DNA from: Octopus vulgaris
Taxonomy: Eukaryota
Direction: 5' to 3'
Length of the DNA: 64,000 nucleotides
NCBI GenBank assembly: GCA_951406725.2
Contig: OX597824.1
Coordinates: forward strand, 5,518,001 to 5,582,000
This document shows positions 13,374 to 28,489 of the stretch, one piece after another. The notes beneath the pieces were generated by a model. The model saw nothing but the letters and a program-made list of their open reading frames with translations. It had not been told where the DNA came from and did not search any database. The position numbers and the translations under genes were made by a program. The number at the start of each line of letters is the position of its first letter. Position 1 is the stretch's first letter.

Positions 13374-13756
13374 CTAGCAGTATCGCCCGGCGTTGCTCGG
13401 GTTTGTAAGGGAAATAAATATAAAGCATTTTTAGAGAGTTATAGCCAAAAAATAGCCAGAAAATGGGAAAAAAATTGTGGTAAATTTATTTTTGAGTTAA
13501 AAAGGTGGAGTTGCGTCCCCTAGACAGTCTGTGGTTTGTGTTTCTGATTCTCGACCCCATGTCGAATTTATCGATTTTTTTCAGAACTGGGGGAACTTTT
13601 CAAAATTTTCGCTGCGTTAGTTTTGAATTATGACATTAGGCTATGTGTGTGTCAAGTTTCATCAGAATCGGTTGAAAGCCGTGGTCAGGGTGAGGGTACA
13701 ACCTAACAGACACACAGAAACTCACACAGACAAGCTGCCGTTTATATAGAGAGAGA
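13374..13756 (-). mobile_element. Complete non-autonomous Helitron
   Basis: Minus strand begins A|TCTCTCTCTATATAAA and ends in hairpin CCCGAGCAACGCCGGG followed by CTAG|T; inserted in an AT dinucleotide with no TSD. Confidence 0.85.
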
Positions 13757-13877
13757 TGTATGGGTAATATTCAGTGCATGAAACGGCCAAATATGTGCGG
13801 AATGGATTATTTAAATAAGATGTTATTTAGAAATTCTGACGTTTGTATAAATAGTGCTTCGTGCTAAAGTTTATCAA

Positions 13878-14102
13878 TTACTCTTTTACTCTTTTACTTG
13901 TTTCGGTAATTTGACTGTGGCCATGCTGGAGCACCGCCTTTTAGTCGAGTAAATCGACCCTAAGGACTTATTGTTTGTAAGCCTAGTACTTATTCTATCG
14001 GTCTTTTTTTGCCGAATTGCTAAGTTACGGGGACGTAAACACACCAGCATCAGTTGTCAAATTGGGGGGACAAACACAGACACACAAACATATACACACA
14101 CA

Positions 14103-14177
<75 letters not shown>

Positions 14178-14403
14178 ATGTATTTATATATATATATATG
14201 TGTGTGTGTGTATGTATATATATATGTATGTATATATATGACGGGCCTCTTACAGTTTCCGTCTGCCAAATCCACTCACACGGCTTTGGTCGGCCCGAGA
14301 CTATCGTAGAAGACACTTGCCCAAGGTGCCACGCAGTGGGACCGAACCCGGAACCATGTGGCTGGTAAGCAAGCTACTTACCACACAGCCACTCCTACGC
14401 CTA
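13878..14403 (-). mobile_element. SINE family A, full-length copy
   Basis: tRNA-like head (GTGGCTGTGTGG..GGTTCGGTCCC), internal (TA)/(TG) tract, (AAGAGTAA)n tail. Confidence 0.88.
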
Positions 14404-16006
14404 TAAACTCTAAATTTATAAATTCTAATCAATTCTAAATTGTTTATTCATAACACAAAATTGTAATAGGATATACTTCTTCGAGGGACACAGCTCACCT
14501 TTTTAGCAGTGATGGTATCATGGTATCGGTCTTTAAAGTCCAGATACAATGAAATATTTTAGCGGTGACGCATTATTCTGTTTAGTTGAATGTAAAACAC
14601 CTTGTGAGAATCCTTTAAAAATTATCCTCGGTATGTTCTCTAGGACAGTTATTTGTTTCACTCTTATTTGCCAGAGAGAATCTAGTTCGATAAACGGAGT
14701 CGTTACATTGCCAGATGTCATTGGGAGGAGAGATATTAGGGAAAAAAGGAGTAAGTTTAGCGTGTTTGTAATGTAATCTATTTTTCTTCTTATAGAAGTT
14801 GTGCAATTAGTGACATAGTGAAGCTACTATACCTCACATTGCTATTGCTATTAAATATCTTGTGAATAAAGAAATGCGTACTTAGAACCATTATGTGCAT
14901 ATATTATACATACATAGTTTCCAACAATATCACCAAATTTAAATCTAATACTTTTCATGCCGTTACTTCAGAAGTAAAAGTAGAAACTTTAGCACTACAT
15001 TAAGCATACATTACTCTTAAAGACCATAAGAGGGTTATCCCGCTAACAGCAAACGTAAATTTGTGCATCCGAGAAAATGAGACAGGGAGAGACAACAAAA
15101 AGGGATTTTTTAAATCCGTAATCACGTGTTTATCTAGCATTATAAGAAATACATTTCTGAGTTTATGCAGTTTTATATAGAAGAATTCTATGTGTCTAAG
15201 ATAACATTCCTTCCCGAAAAAGATTTAGTGATCTGAAGAGGTGCTATTCTCTTCACAAGTCTGATAATATTATTATGCACAGCACAGGAGAATTGTTGGA
15301 GGGTTAAGCGTAATGGCCGGGAAGTTTTACTAATTCCATGCAATCATACGATGTAGCAGTTTATGAATTAGTAGCATGGTGAATCTTTGTTTTTCTTTAG
15401 AAGAGTTTCCGACATGCACATATGTTAAGCTTATTCTTAAGAAAGGAACTCTTTAACCATGCCATTCTTTGGTATAAACACAGGCTCATTAACAGGCATT
15501 ATCTTCTCAAACAGAACAACTTTTATACACAACAGCATTACTACGAAAAACGCAGAAATTGTAAAGGAAATATTGTATGGTATAATGCGCCAGATAGTTT
15601 AAATATTCGTTTTCTTTAACCTAATAAATATACGTTTTTACTTAGACATTAGGAAACATATCGTAATTAACAGGCGTATCATTAATGTGAGTTGCAGTTG
15701 GACCTGGAATTTCCCGGCATATATATCCAATATAAACTGATATCATTCCAATCTGAAAACGTGAAGCACTTCTCTAATTGTAACAAGCTTAATATCTGCT
15801 CTCTCTCTGAATCTCTCTTTCTTTCTAACTCAAGGGGTATCGCATGTTTCTAAAGCCTCAATCTAGCGACAAAAACTTTCTCTAGTAAATAACAGTAAGA
15901 AAAAAGAACAAAACAAACTACATATCAAGCTTACAGAAAATAACGTTAACATTGCTTCTTACTGAATTGTGAATATGTGCCATCACATCACCTCATAATC
16001 CAAATA

Positions 16007-16498
16007 CAGGGTGAACCCCCAGAAAACAGAACCCAGGAACAATTTTATTAAATCTTAGAAAAGATTTAAACTTCGGTGTGTGTAGGATCATTCCCTTTGT
16101 ACGTTAGTTTTCTTCGAGGCGTTGGGACGAACACTTGCATTAGTCGCGCAAAATTGTCAATTCCTCGAACACATTCCTCTCTGGGGATTTCCCTGATTTC
16201 TACTGTGATTGCTGCCTTCAGTTCAACAATTGTTTGGTAAATATTATCCTTGAGATACCCCCATCTTTTGGGTACAATGCGGTTCCCACTCAACGTCACA
16301 CTTCCTGTTGTTCAATCTCTCCTAAAATCGCTCTCTCACCAGACTAGGGAGTTATTTGATGCGTAGGGGTGGCCCCGTCTGGTTGGAACCAATTTTCATC
16401 TCGATCTATCCCTTTGCGTCTCCTCAGTGATGCCCCAAAATTAACAGCTTCATTCAGTGTAGTGGGTTCTGTTTTTTTTGGGTGGGGGGGTTACCCTG
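16007..16498 (-). mobile_element. Internally deleted Tc1/mariner-superfamily element
   Basis: TA|CAGGGTGAACCCCC..AACAGAACCC and GGGTTCTGTTT..TTACCCTG|TA termini; remnants WFQPDGATP and WGYLKDNIY..ELKAAI..EIREIP. Confidence 0.85.
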
Positions 16499-17314
16499 TA
16501 TTAACAATTCATATGACATAATATTATAAACGCTTACACAATTGGCTGATGTGCTAAAGAACACGTTTCTTGGTGTTTCTTTCGGAGACGTATAACATAC
16601 CATTAAAATCAAAACATCAGAATAAGTGAAACGCTACAAATAGTTCTTCCATTATTTATTAATATTCCATATTTCAATTAGCAAAACTTGTTTATATACA
16701 TATGCATAATCATTAATCCTAATCATTAATCATTTATAGGTGCATATTCTTTATCTGTCTGTTGAGTCGATTTGGGTAGTATTATTTAGTACATTTCCCG
16801 TTTTCACTGTGCTATAAAGCATCAATTTATAAAATTACCGTATTTATATTTTGTATTATATATAACATTAATATCAATTCGTATATTTATATATTCTAAT
16901 ATTCTAAATTTGTTAAAATGCTTTAATGGAAATAACATTATTTTCAATATAAATTCCTCATTTGCATTATGTTAGGGCAATATAGAATTATTAAAGAGTT
17001 TTGAGCTGATATAAATTTTAATATAGCTAATAGATGCTTATAAAGTTTTCTGAATACAGTCTCTAGATTTTATGACAGAATGAAATAATTAGTATAAAAA
17101 TATTTAATTTAGGCTGAAGGTCACTAAACTCTGCAGAAGGTGAGATCAATCAATTCTATCGACGTCATTGCTTGTTGGTAATATATTATATCAACCCTAG
17201 ATATGCAAGGCTTAAATTCAGAATGTAAAGCACCAGAACAAGCATGGTTACGATTCTGTTAATCCGCCGTCTTTTAAAAATGATAACAGCAACAATGCTC
17301 TTCTTCTTCTTCTT

Positions 17315-17386
<72 letters not shown>

Positions 17387-17489
17387 AATAATAATAATAA
17401 TGTCTTTCCTTAGTTCACTGGTAGTGAAGAGCTGGCACCGTGGTACATCTCCAGCGTTAGAGGCTGTAGAAAGACAATAAATAATAGTG

Positions 17490-17690
17490 GTTTCAAGTGT
17501 TGGTACAAGGTCAGTAACTACGGGATTGGGGTCAAGTAGATTACAAAGACCCCAGAGCTCAACTGGTAATTATTTTATGATCAAAGCAAAAGTATCCTCA
17601 GTGAAATATGAACTCAGCACATAAAGACGGAAGAAATAGCCGCCAGACATTTTACCCGGCGCCTCAACGATTCCGCCTGCTCTGCCAGCA
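17490..17690 (-). mobile_element. SINE family B, diverged copy
   Basis: Similarity to 11552-11782. Confidence 0.6.
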
Positions 17691-17749
17691 ATAAATTAAA
17701 AGCACAAACATCATACTAGAGACAAAAATTAATTGAGGAGACTAAAGTC

Positions 17750-19130
17750 ATACTACAGAGCAGGAGAAAATTAATTTAGAACACTAATATTATACAAGAT
17801 TCCGAAATTGAGAAAAGAGAATTAGACCAAACGCAGACATACAAATGTACTGGGTTTCAATGAAGTAGACAATGCGAAACACATTGACATGAAAGAAATG
17901 ATGAAAGGAATACCACAGACACATTAAAATCACATTTTAATTAGAACTAAAATGAAAGAGAAAGTAAGTAATTGGCATCGTTACTCTGGCTGTCGCAGCC
18001 ATAAATTACAATTTTAATATCGTCAATTGAACGCCAAATAAACTAGTGAGACGAAACGCGCGCGAATAAGGAGAATAATGAATGAGTTTAGAATACACGA
18101 CCCAGAGTGTGACATTGATAATCTATATTTACTATAAATACAAAGCTGTAAGATGTTTGATACAAATAGAAAACAATTATAATTAACCACCGTACGGTTA
18201 CACAAATTAATGCGCAAAATTAATGCAAAAATCTCGATAAGTATTAATTCATAAAGAATAAGTCCTGGGGTTCATTTGTTCGCCTAAAGGTGGTGCTCCA
18301 GCATGGCCTCGGTCAAATGACTGAAACAAGTAAAAGAATAAAACAAAAGAGTTCTTTCTGCCATCTAAGGAGTCGACAAATGCGAATCAGATGCTGCGGT
18401 AGTAGAGAGCTACGGAGGAAATAAATTGAGAAACAATAATATGAAGCATGAAACGATTAACACTAAAACTAACTTTGGGACAAGAGAGTGCCGTAATTAT
18501 TAGTGGCAAGAAGAGCCCCACATGATGGCCGGAACTGGAAACAAACACGTACATAAATGGAAGTAGACAAAGAGCACTGGTTGAGAAGCGCATGACTCAA
18601 CGCAAAGGCACTGAAGGATTCTTGATTGCGGCCCAAAACTAAAGCATCTCCATCAGAAACCACCGAAAGTATATAATGATAGAGAAATATCCGGTAACTG
18701 CCGAAGATGATGGGGTGGGGAAGAAATGATTACATTGCTTGCGGAAACTCATTCTTTTCCAAGACATAACAGAGTTCAGAATTACATTGGAAATTATGGC
18801 AACACTATGAAATAAGTGATAAAATAGACATATAAGAGAAACATTGTCTCCGAGAATGGTAAAACAGCCATACATTGGTATATGCTAATGCACAAAGCCA
18901 GAGAAATTAAGACTAATTGACCAGATATTATCGTCAAGGACCACACGGAATAGAAATGTCTCCTAATCGCTGTATCAGTACCAAATAATGGTGGTAATGC
19001 GTCTCTAAAGGAGACGGAGAAATTATATTACGTTAAAAGTTTTGAAATAGTGATAACGCTATTGGAGGGTCTGAAAACTGAAAACATTCCTATAAACATA
19101 GGTTCTTTGGGAACTATAAAAATACATGCG
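17750..19130 (+). pseudogene. Degraded R4/Dong/NeSL-like non-LTR retrotransposon (post-RT region to RLE endonuclease)
   Basis: Collinear remnants RRIMNEFRIHDPECDIDNLY (~18070), TEGFLIAAQ (~18610), PDIIVKD..CLLIAVSVP (~18920), IPINIGSLGTIK (~19085); a SINE A 3' fragment is inserted at ~18250-18345. Confidence 0.7.
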
Positions 19131-19187
19131 GACAAAAACCCCTGCAGAGGTAGGAGACGACGAAATCACCTGATAATCAATAGCACT

Positions 19188-19533
19188 AGGCGCATGGCTC
19201 AGTGGTTAGAGCGTCGAGCTTACGATCGTGAGGTTGTGAGTTCCAATCTCGGACCGGGCTGCGTGTTGTGTTCTTGAGCAAGACACTTTATTTCACGTTG
19301 CTCCAGTTTACTCAGCTGTAGAAATGAATTGCGACGACACAGGTGCCAAGCTGTATCGGCCCCTTTGCCTTTCCCTTGGATAACATCAGTGGCGTGGAGA
19401 GGGGTGGCCGGTATGCATGGGCGACTGCTGGTCTTCCATAAACAACCGTGCCCGGACTTGTACCTGGGAGGGTAACTTTCTAGGTGCAATCGCATGGTCA
19501 GTCATGACCGAGGGGGGTCTCAGCAGCAGCAGC
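19188..19533 (+). mobile_element. SINE family D, full length (tRNA head)
   Basis: A box TGGCTCAGTGG, B box GAGTTCCAATC; flanking AGCACTAGG at 19182-19190 and 19534-19542 (probable TSD); second copy at 25600-25932. Confidence 0.88.
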
Positions 19534-20687
19534 AGCACTAGGGAGCCGACGATGTGAGGCACCAAGAATCAAAGACGTCTTCTTCTAAGTAGAAACTAAA
19601 AGCTTCTAACGTTTGTCTCACAGTATCGCTTGGGCGTTATTTAACGGGTAAAGATCATGAAAAGGGAGTGAAACCGACACCGACAGAAAACAAAGAAACA
19701 CGAAGGAAAGAAAACTAGAATGAGTCTAATCTAAAAACCAATAGATGCCTAGAAATCATCTGTGAAATGCCATTTGTGTAGCTACAGAGTCAAAAAATTT
19801 GATGCTGATCGAATCAATAGCAAGAATCTGATGGATATGCGCGCTAAACTGATACAGAGCAACAGTAACGTCTTGTTGATTTATGACAAAATGTGATGTG
19901 ATTACACTGAACCACAAAATGATATACTTTTAGGGAAAAGTACCCGGTGTCTTGCAAACAACTTGCACATGTAAGTGCTACCAGTCGAGAACTCGTTTTA
20001 CCGGAAGCCAGCAAATGTACGGGGTCATGAAGAGAGAACGCGCGCCGTTTCGGGGCCTACCTCTCGACGGCATCAATGCGCACCGGCCTCTCTCGCTGAT
20101 ATGAGACCCCGCTTGCTAGATCAACTGGATATCAAATAAAGCTCAATATTCTTCTAGCCATCGCTCATCGTCTCTTTTTAACCAAATCCAGGGGCTAGCC
20201 TTCTCTATTGTAGTTTGGTTATCGGTCGTGACGGTATTTACCTTTACGATGAGTTAGGCCTTACGATAACAACAGTCGTCTCACACTGTCTCCAACAAAC
20301 CCTCTACATCCGAATAAATGAGAGGCTTTGTGAAATGTTTAAAATTTATGCTTGAACACAAGATACTGGAGTATTCAGTTCGAGGAATAGATTTGCATAA
20401 AGTAATCAGAGAAGATGTCGGTGCGAGTTGGGGTTTGCCCTGTTCCTATCTAAGTGGTTGTTTCACAGTTCCATAGGGATAGCTTTTCTATATTAGCTCT
20501 GTATACTAGAATTCAAAACTCATAATATATTCTTGCAATTTTGTCCATTTCCCATTTAATATATTGGGTCATCCCATAAATAATGTTTTTTTCAATGGCA
20601 TGGACTAAAAGTCGGAGGGGGATGGGATAAACCACTTGCATCAACTTGCTTTAAAATCAGGTCGTAATTTTAACGTGGTGTAAAATT

Positions 20688-20902
<215 letters not shown>

Positions 20903-21508
20903 TTCCCTTTCTTGAAAGGTAATTGCTTATGCTTTGAGTGTAGGGAAAGCATTTCAATTAAGATGACTGTGTGTGTGTATGAGACAAGAAGAAGGCTGAA
21001 CAGAAGAAAGAGGCTAATGTCAATACTGACAGGGAGAGAGAGAGACAAAGGGCGTAAAACGAGGAGGAAAGAAGGAGAGAGAGAGAGAGAGAGAGAGGGG
21101 GGGAGAGCGAGGGAGAAAAGATTAGAAAATTGGGTGATTAAATGAGTGAGACGTTCAGAGTGATTGAAAAGTGTGGGGGGTAAAAGAGGATAAAATATGA
21201 AGCAGGCAGGAACATAGAAAACCGCTTAGACGTGAACAACGAGGGCCAAGTGTAAAATCTTTATATTAAGATTAAACATAATGAATAATGTTGCTGCCTT
21301 TATTATGTTTCATTAAAATTCAAACTTTGTGTTTCAGCGGCGAATAGGTTTTTCCTTTTATGTTTTATTAATAATATCTGCTTAACTATTATATTTCATA
21401 TCACAGCACGTGCTCATTACTGTTTATATTTCCTTTTGGGAAAGAATATAAGTATAAACACAAACACATGTACACACACACATACGCACACGCACATACA
21501 CGCTCACG

Positions 21509-21544
<36 letters not shown>

Positions 21545-21893
21545 AATAAATATACATATAGATGTGAATGTCTGTGTACGTGGTACTAAATAAAACATAA
21601 GGTACTAAAAAAAAACATAAGGTGTGCGTATGTATATATTCATATACTTATATATATATATGTGTGTGTCTGTCTGTATGTGTTTATGCATGTATATATA
21701 TGTATGCATGTATATATATATATATATGTATATATACATGTATATATATATTTATATGAATACATATATGTATTTATACACACATATATCTATCTTTCTC
21801 TCTCTCTCTCCTTATATATATATATGTGTGTTTATGTATATATGTATATATATATACATATATATATTTATATATATACATATATATATATAT

Positions 21894-21952
<59 letters not shown>

Positions 21953-22345
21953 TATATACATATATATACATGCATACACAGGCGCATATTCATATATAAC
22001 ATACATATACATCGCACGTACTTACAGAAACAGACACACATACACACACATATGCACACCAAACAACAAATTACATTAGCGTCGAGATCATCGTGTTACA
22101 CTCCGACACTCGATCTGCCAATTCCTATTAAATATGTATGTGCATACGCATTTGTATCAGTCGCAGTATAGGCTGTAATATATATGCGGACAAAATTATA
22201 TACATATAAATAAAAAAACAGACAAGACAACGCCATTGATATTTCAACAGAATCAGTTCCTTTCTATGTTTTAGATATTCTAAAAATCTTTTGCAAACCT
22301 TTGAGCAAACTTTACCACATTTCTTCTGGGAAACGAAAGTATAAA

Positions 22346-22732
22346 AACCAAGAGAACTCAGACAGCGCAAACCTCCGCCAAGGCAACAGCACCGTCCTCT
22401 CAATGATTAGCCAGAGATCATTTTTTTTTTTTAAATGAGAATATCTGAAATAAATTCGACTGCTCTCACAAACGAGAATACTTAAAGTGAACCCTACCGC
22501 TCTCAAAAATTAAGTGAATAAAAAAAGGGTTGGGGGAAATAATCCAGAATTCTTGTTCGGTACCGGATCGATCCCAAAATCTAATCAGTTGGTGTCAGTC
22601 AAGAGGACAAACATCCCTGAAAGTTTCATCCGAATCCATCCATCGGTTCTTGAGATATCTTGTCCACCATCAAACAATCAAACCAACAAATATGACTGAA
22701 GACAATACCTCTGCCCTCGTTAAGGTGGAGGG
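22346..22732. mobile_element. Helentron-associated (HINE/DINE-like) non-autonomous element
   Basis: AAAGTTTCATCCGAATCCATCC..TTCTTGAGATAT core, (CAAA)-like tract, terminal stem-loop CCTCTGCC..GGTGGAGG, internal ACCTCCGCC copy. Confidence 0.5.
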
Positions 22733-22872
22733 AATTCAGTTGAAAACCACCGGAGAGTTACAGGTGACGCATCAAGCAGTTGAATTTGTATTTGACACAG
22801 ATGAAGTGCTACTCTACATTCTTAGATCGCATATCAATCCTATCAAATAAGACATTTTTAAAAAGCGTTCAA

Positions 22873-23435
22873 AGCAGGGGTGGCTGTGTAGTAAGAAGCT
22901 TGCTTCCCAATCGCATGGATCTGAGTTCAGTCCCACTGCGTGGCACCTTGAGCAAGTGTCTTCTACTATAGCTTCGGGCCGACCAAAGATTTGCAAGTGG
23001 ATTTGGTTGATGGAAACTGAGAGAAGCCCGCCGTATATATATATATATAGCATAATTAAATCTCAGAATGAGATTGAAACAGTAATCGCTCGATAACGTA
23101 AAGTATAGAAGCCATCTTATCATGGCTAACCACATTGGGGAGGGGGTGTTACTGTATATCTCTTGGGGCTATAACGCTACAGTAACACCCCCTCCCCAAT
23201 GTGGTTAGCCATGATAAGATGGCTTCTATACTTTATATATATATATATATACATATACATAAGTGTGTGTTTGTCCGCCCGCCATCGCTTGACACTGATT
23301 CTGGCGTGTTTACGTCTCCTTAAGTTCCATAGAATAAGTACTAATCTTACAAAGAATAAGGCTAGGGGTCGTGTTATTCGACTAAAGAGCGGTGCTCCAG
23401 CATGGCCCCAGTCAAAAGACTTAAAAAACAAGAGA
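22873..23435 (+). mobile_element. SINE family A with a foldback insert in its (TA)n tract
   Basis: Head 22873-23035 and 3' part 23260-23435. Confidence 0.8.
23099..23235. repeat. Perfect inverted repeat, 58-bp arms, 21-nt loop
   Basis: 23099-23156 is the reverse complement of 23178-23235. Confidence 0.92.
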
Positions 23436-23454
23436 GCAAAAGACGATGCTAAGG

Positions 23455-23652
23455 GTTCTAGCTGATGCGACCAAAGGAACAGCCTGGTCATGAAATTAAC
23501 GTGCAAATGGCTGAGTACTCCTTAACGTAGTTCTTGGGGAGATTCAGCTTTATACGGAATGTGACAAGGCCAGCCCTTTGGATTACAGGTACAACGTATT
23601 TTCGCCAGCTGAGTGGACTGGAGAAAGGTGAAATAAAGTGTTTTGCTCAAGG
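23455..23652 (-). mobile_element. SINE with D-like core and C-like 3' end
   Basis: 23455-23590 matches family C; 23600-23652 matches family D. Confidence 0.65.
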
Positions 23653-23983
23653 ACTCTGAATAATGTTTGCTTTAGGATATTGAATGAACCACCCATGTTT
23701 CCAAAGGTGAAACATTCAAACCCCAAAGAATCCCTCTCAACACATGGCTATGATGCTCCCCCACTACTTCTGCTCGTGATTAGAGATGCACATATCGTCA
23801 GCCACTAAGGGACATGCTCAACTGGTTAAGGTCAAACAACTGACAAGCAAATCTGTGGTATTGAGCAGAATATTTACTGTAGCCCATCTTTTATACCAAG
23901 ACATAACAATGTACATGATAACACTTCCAACCAGTTAAGATCAGAAGCCACGAGAGCCACTGCCTGGTACTGCATCAGGACAT

Positions 23984-24027
<44 letters not shown>

Positions 24028-24045
24028 CTTCTTCTTCTTCTTCTT

Positions 24046-24144
<99 letters not shown>

Positions 24145-24155
24145 GTTATCATCAT
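23984..24155. repeat. Compound (TTG)(TTC)(TTA) microsatellite
   Basis: Direct inspection. Confidence 0.95.
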
Positions 24156-24467
24156 TGAGCCGTTCGGTTGATGCAATTTCCTGGCCCACCCCGAAATATC
24201 AGGCTTTGTGCCTACAGTACGAATGAATATTACTAATGCTATTATCCTTATGGCATTCATTAAATCACATATAAGACGTATATTTGATGTATGAGTTTTA
24301 ATGACTCCAGTCTGGCCTGGTGGTGTGAAGAGTAATAATAATAATAGTACTTAATATAATTATTATCTTTGCTACTTTAATGTTTCTTATGCTCCCTATC
24401 ATAAACCGTTGCTTTGAAAGATCTTTCAAGTGTGATAATTTATATACGTACGTATTTATGTATATTG

Positions 24468-24522
<55 letters not shown>

Positions 24523-25547
24523 CACACACTCACGCACACACACACACGTAGTGTCTATCTATATTTTGTTTTGTGAATGATATTTGACTGCGTTTGTATT
24601 TTTTCGGAAAGCATTTATCTTTCATACTTTCCGTTGACATTGTTCTGTGAATTGTCCTTGATTTTGTCGCCTTTAGATTGAGTTTGAATCAGCATCATTC
24701 AAGCATGGATGAAGCCAAGTTTTACCCAATTTCCTTTTCTCGTACATATTTAGGATTAATATATCCATATATCTAACTATTGTAAAAACGATATATAAGG
24801 ATTTGTAAAGTACTAGGCTATATTTTAACCAAGTGTATGACAGTGCAGATTCTTCTTCAATGGATAATTTTCTATATGGTCGTCTCTGAGTTAACACAGA
24901 GAGACGAAATTTTTCTACATGATAAAATCAAAATTTAGAAGACAAACAATCCTTTATGACAGAAAACTTGTTGAACCACAAGATTATAGAAATTCATATT
25001 GGATTAACGTCATAGCCTGTGAAGGCAGAAGCTATATTTGGTTCATATAGAAATATATTGTTGAGAATGCTAATTTGGTTAGGCAGAAATGGAAGCTGTA
25101 GTAAAGTGGTGTTCGTAATGGTTTTGTTTTGTGTGGTTTTATAAAGAGTTTTATATAAGTTCCTTTTGAGAAAGTTCAAGCTGGTCGCTAACAAAGTGAT
25201 AAAACTTTGAGTTATGAGAATTCTCGGTGTTTATAAATTTGTGGTTGAGTTGGTGAGGATGTGGAGAATCCGCATTAGCTTCTTTTGCTCATTCTCCGTG
25301 ACACCAAATATTTCTATGAAAGACGTAGGCGTCGCTGTGGGTGGTGAGAACTTTGCTTCGCAACTATATCGGTCCTGGTTCACTCCCGCTGCTTGGTACC
25401 TACTGTGTATCATGTGTATTTTACCATAGTCTCGGATCGATGGACACATTGTGAGTAGATTTTGTGGCGGGAAGCCGAAAGAAAGCCGTCATATATGTAC
25501 ACACACACACACACACACAACCTCACGATCGTAAGCTCGACGCTCTA

Positions 25548-25599
<52 letters not shown>

Positions 25600-25601
<2 letters not shown>

Positions 25602-25932
25602 ACCCCCTTCGGTCATGAATGACCATGGGATTGCACCTAGAAAGTTACCCTCCTAGACACAAGTCCGGGCAAGGTTGTTTATGGAAGACCAGCAGTCGCC
25701 CATGCATACCAGCCTCCCCTCTCCACGCCACCAGTGTTATCCAAGGGAAAGACAAAAGTCGATACAGCTTGGCACCAGTGACGTCGCAACTCATTTCTAC
25801 AGCTGAGTGAACTGGAGCAACGTGAAATAAAGTGCCTTGCTCAAGAACACAACACGCAGCCCGGTCCGGGATTCGAGCTCACAACCTCACGATCGTAAGC
25901 TCGACGCTCTAACCACTGAGCCATGCGCCTTC
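25600..25932 (-). mobile_element. SINE family D, full length
   Basis: Reverse complement closely matches 19188-19521. Confidence 0.88.
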
Positions 25933-25954
25933 ATATATATATATATATATATAA

Positions 25955-26126
<172 letters not shown>

Positions 26127-26136
26127 TATATATGAA

Positions 26137-26185
<49 letters not shown>

Positions 26186-26190
26186 AATAA

Positions 26191-26855
<665 letters not shown>

Positions 26856-27217
26856 AGTAATTGCATCTATAGAATACTTCATTAATTAATGAATCTGCTG
26901 ATGAGTTACAGATTGCAAATTAGTGTATTTGACAATTAATTGCGAACTCGAGTTCGAGATTAATTAATTTTTTATTCGTTCTAGTGTAATAACGCCATGA
27001 CTAATGAACTTTCTTTTTCGTGGTTTGGATCTTAACTGGCCTTTTTAGCATGTAAGAAGTCCTGTCAACGGTCTCCTCTGTGTATAAAAACATTTTATAC
27101 ACTCTTATATTTGTAAAAATAGAATACGTCTTATGGCCTTTATTTATGGATGCTAACCACTGGTAATTAATTATTTTAATATATTACCATCATATTTAAG
27201 ATATATATATATATATA

Positions 27218-27272
<55 letters not shown>

Positions 27273-27301
27273 ACACACACACACACACACATATATACAT
27301 A

Positions 27302-27543
27302 GATATCGGAATAATTACAAAGTCAAATATTGATAATTTATATACATTTAATACGTATGTTTCGAGTAATTGAGTAAGGTGGCCGTAACGTCAATATATT
27401 TCTCTCTTTCCATATTTAAAAGTATTTTAATTTGGCGACGGGTGTGGGTTGTATTGAATAACAGTTATCTTACGTAACTACTCAAAGTCTACGTAAGAAC
27501 TGCATTAAAGTATCAGCATTTGGTTATGACGTTATTCGGATAT
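27302..27543. repeat. Degenerate inverted repeat, ~75-bp arms
   Basis: ATATCGGAATAA..GAGTAAG versus CTTACGTAACTACTC..TTATTCGGATAT. Confidence 0.55.
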
Positions 27544-27726
27544 GCAGTAATTGATTTTCATAACAATCTTGTCCTTCCATACTTACATAACACAATTTCG
27601 ATGCAACAAGGATATGGATGGCAATGACATACTGCAACGATGATGAAGCAGTCGAAAACTTATCTTAAAGCGCATCGCATCAAAGTATATTGCCATACTA
27701 CTGTAAATCTGTGTGTGAATATAACG

Positions 27727-27818
<92 letters not shown>

Positions 27819-28211
27819 GATTATGTATAAAGATGGCTAGACGCAATGTAAAACCAAAAACGAAGATATACCTTAAAGAATGTAACTTTGTAATTTTAGC
27901 CAGCCAGGTCCATTTATCCATTTATCCATTGTCGACCAGTCGGAAATTGGAATTGCCATATGTTCCCGTCGCACCAAATCGGGTGGAGAAATTCTATGAA
28001 AATACTACATCAGTGGAATAAATATCAATAAAATCTGAAGCGACAGTCCAGACTGAAAGAACCTGCTGTCGTGAAATCAAAGGACTTTGAGCAGTCGCGG
28101 TAAGTGATTGCGCCATCAGACGATTACTTTCGGTTGTCGTTAAAGGAATCATCAAAATTCGTTAACTTTCTGCCGCTACACACAAGCCCACGCAAACACA
28201 TACACACACGC

Positions 28212-28266
<55 letters not shown>

Positions 28267-28489
28267 CATATATGTGTGTGTGTGTATACTCACATTATAT
28301 ATATTTTCAGATGATTCAAAGTTTGTGACTTTATCAGTGATGCAGTGGAACAGTGATATGTATTTAGGTATGCATGTCATTATTCAGTTTTACTTCAAGA
28401 TTTCTTGCCGATAGAGCAAGAGCCGGTTTCTAACCTAGATCCAAGGCTCCTTCATTGGAATTTGAATATCAACAACGGGGTAATTTTAT

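Noticed and set aside
20562-20665. Mariner-like TIR (TA|TTGGGTCATCCCATAAATAATG)
   Set aside because: No partner TIR or transposase remnant seen nearby.
26895-26960. CTGATGAG as an HHR core (also ~37410)
   Set aside because: No matching stem II-GAAA or stem I found.
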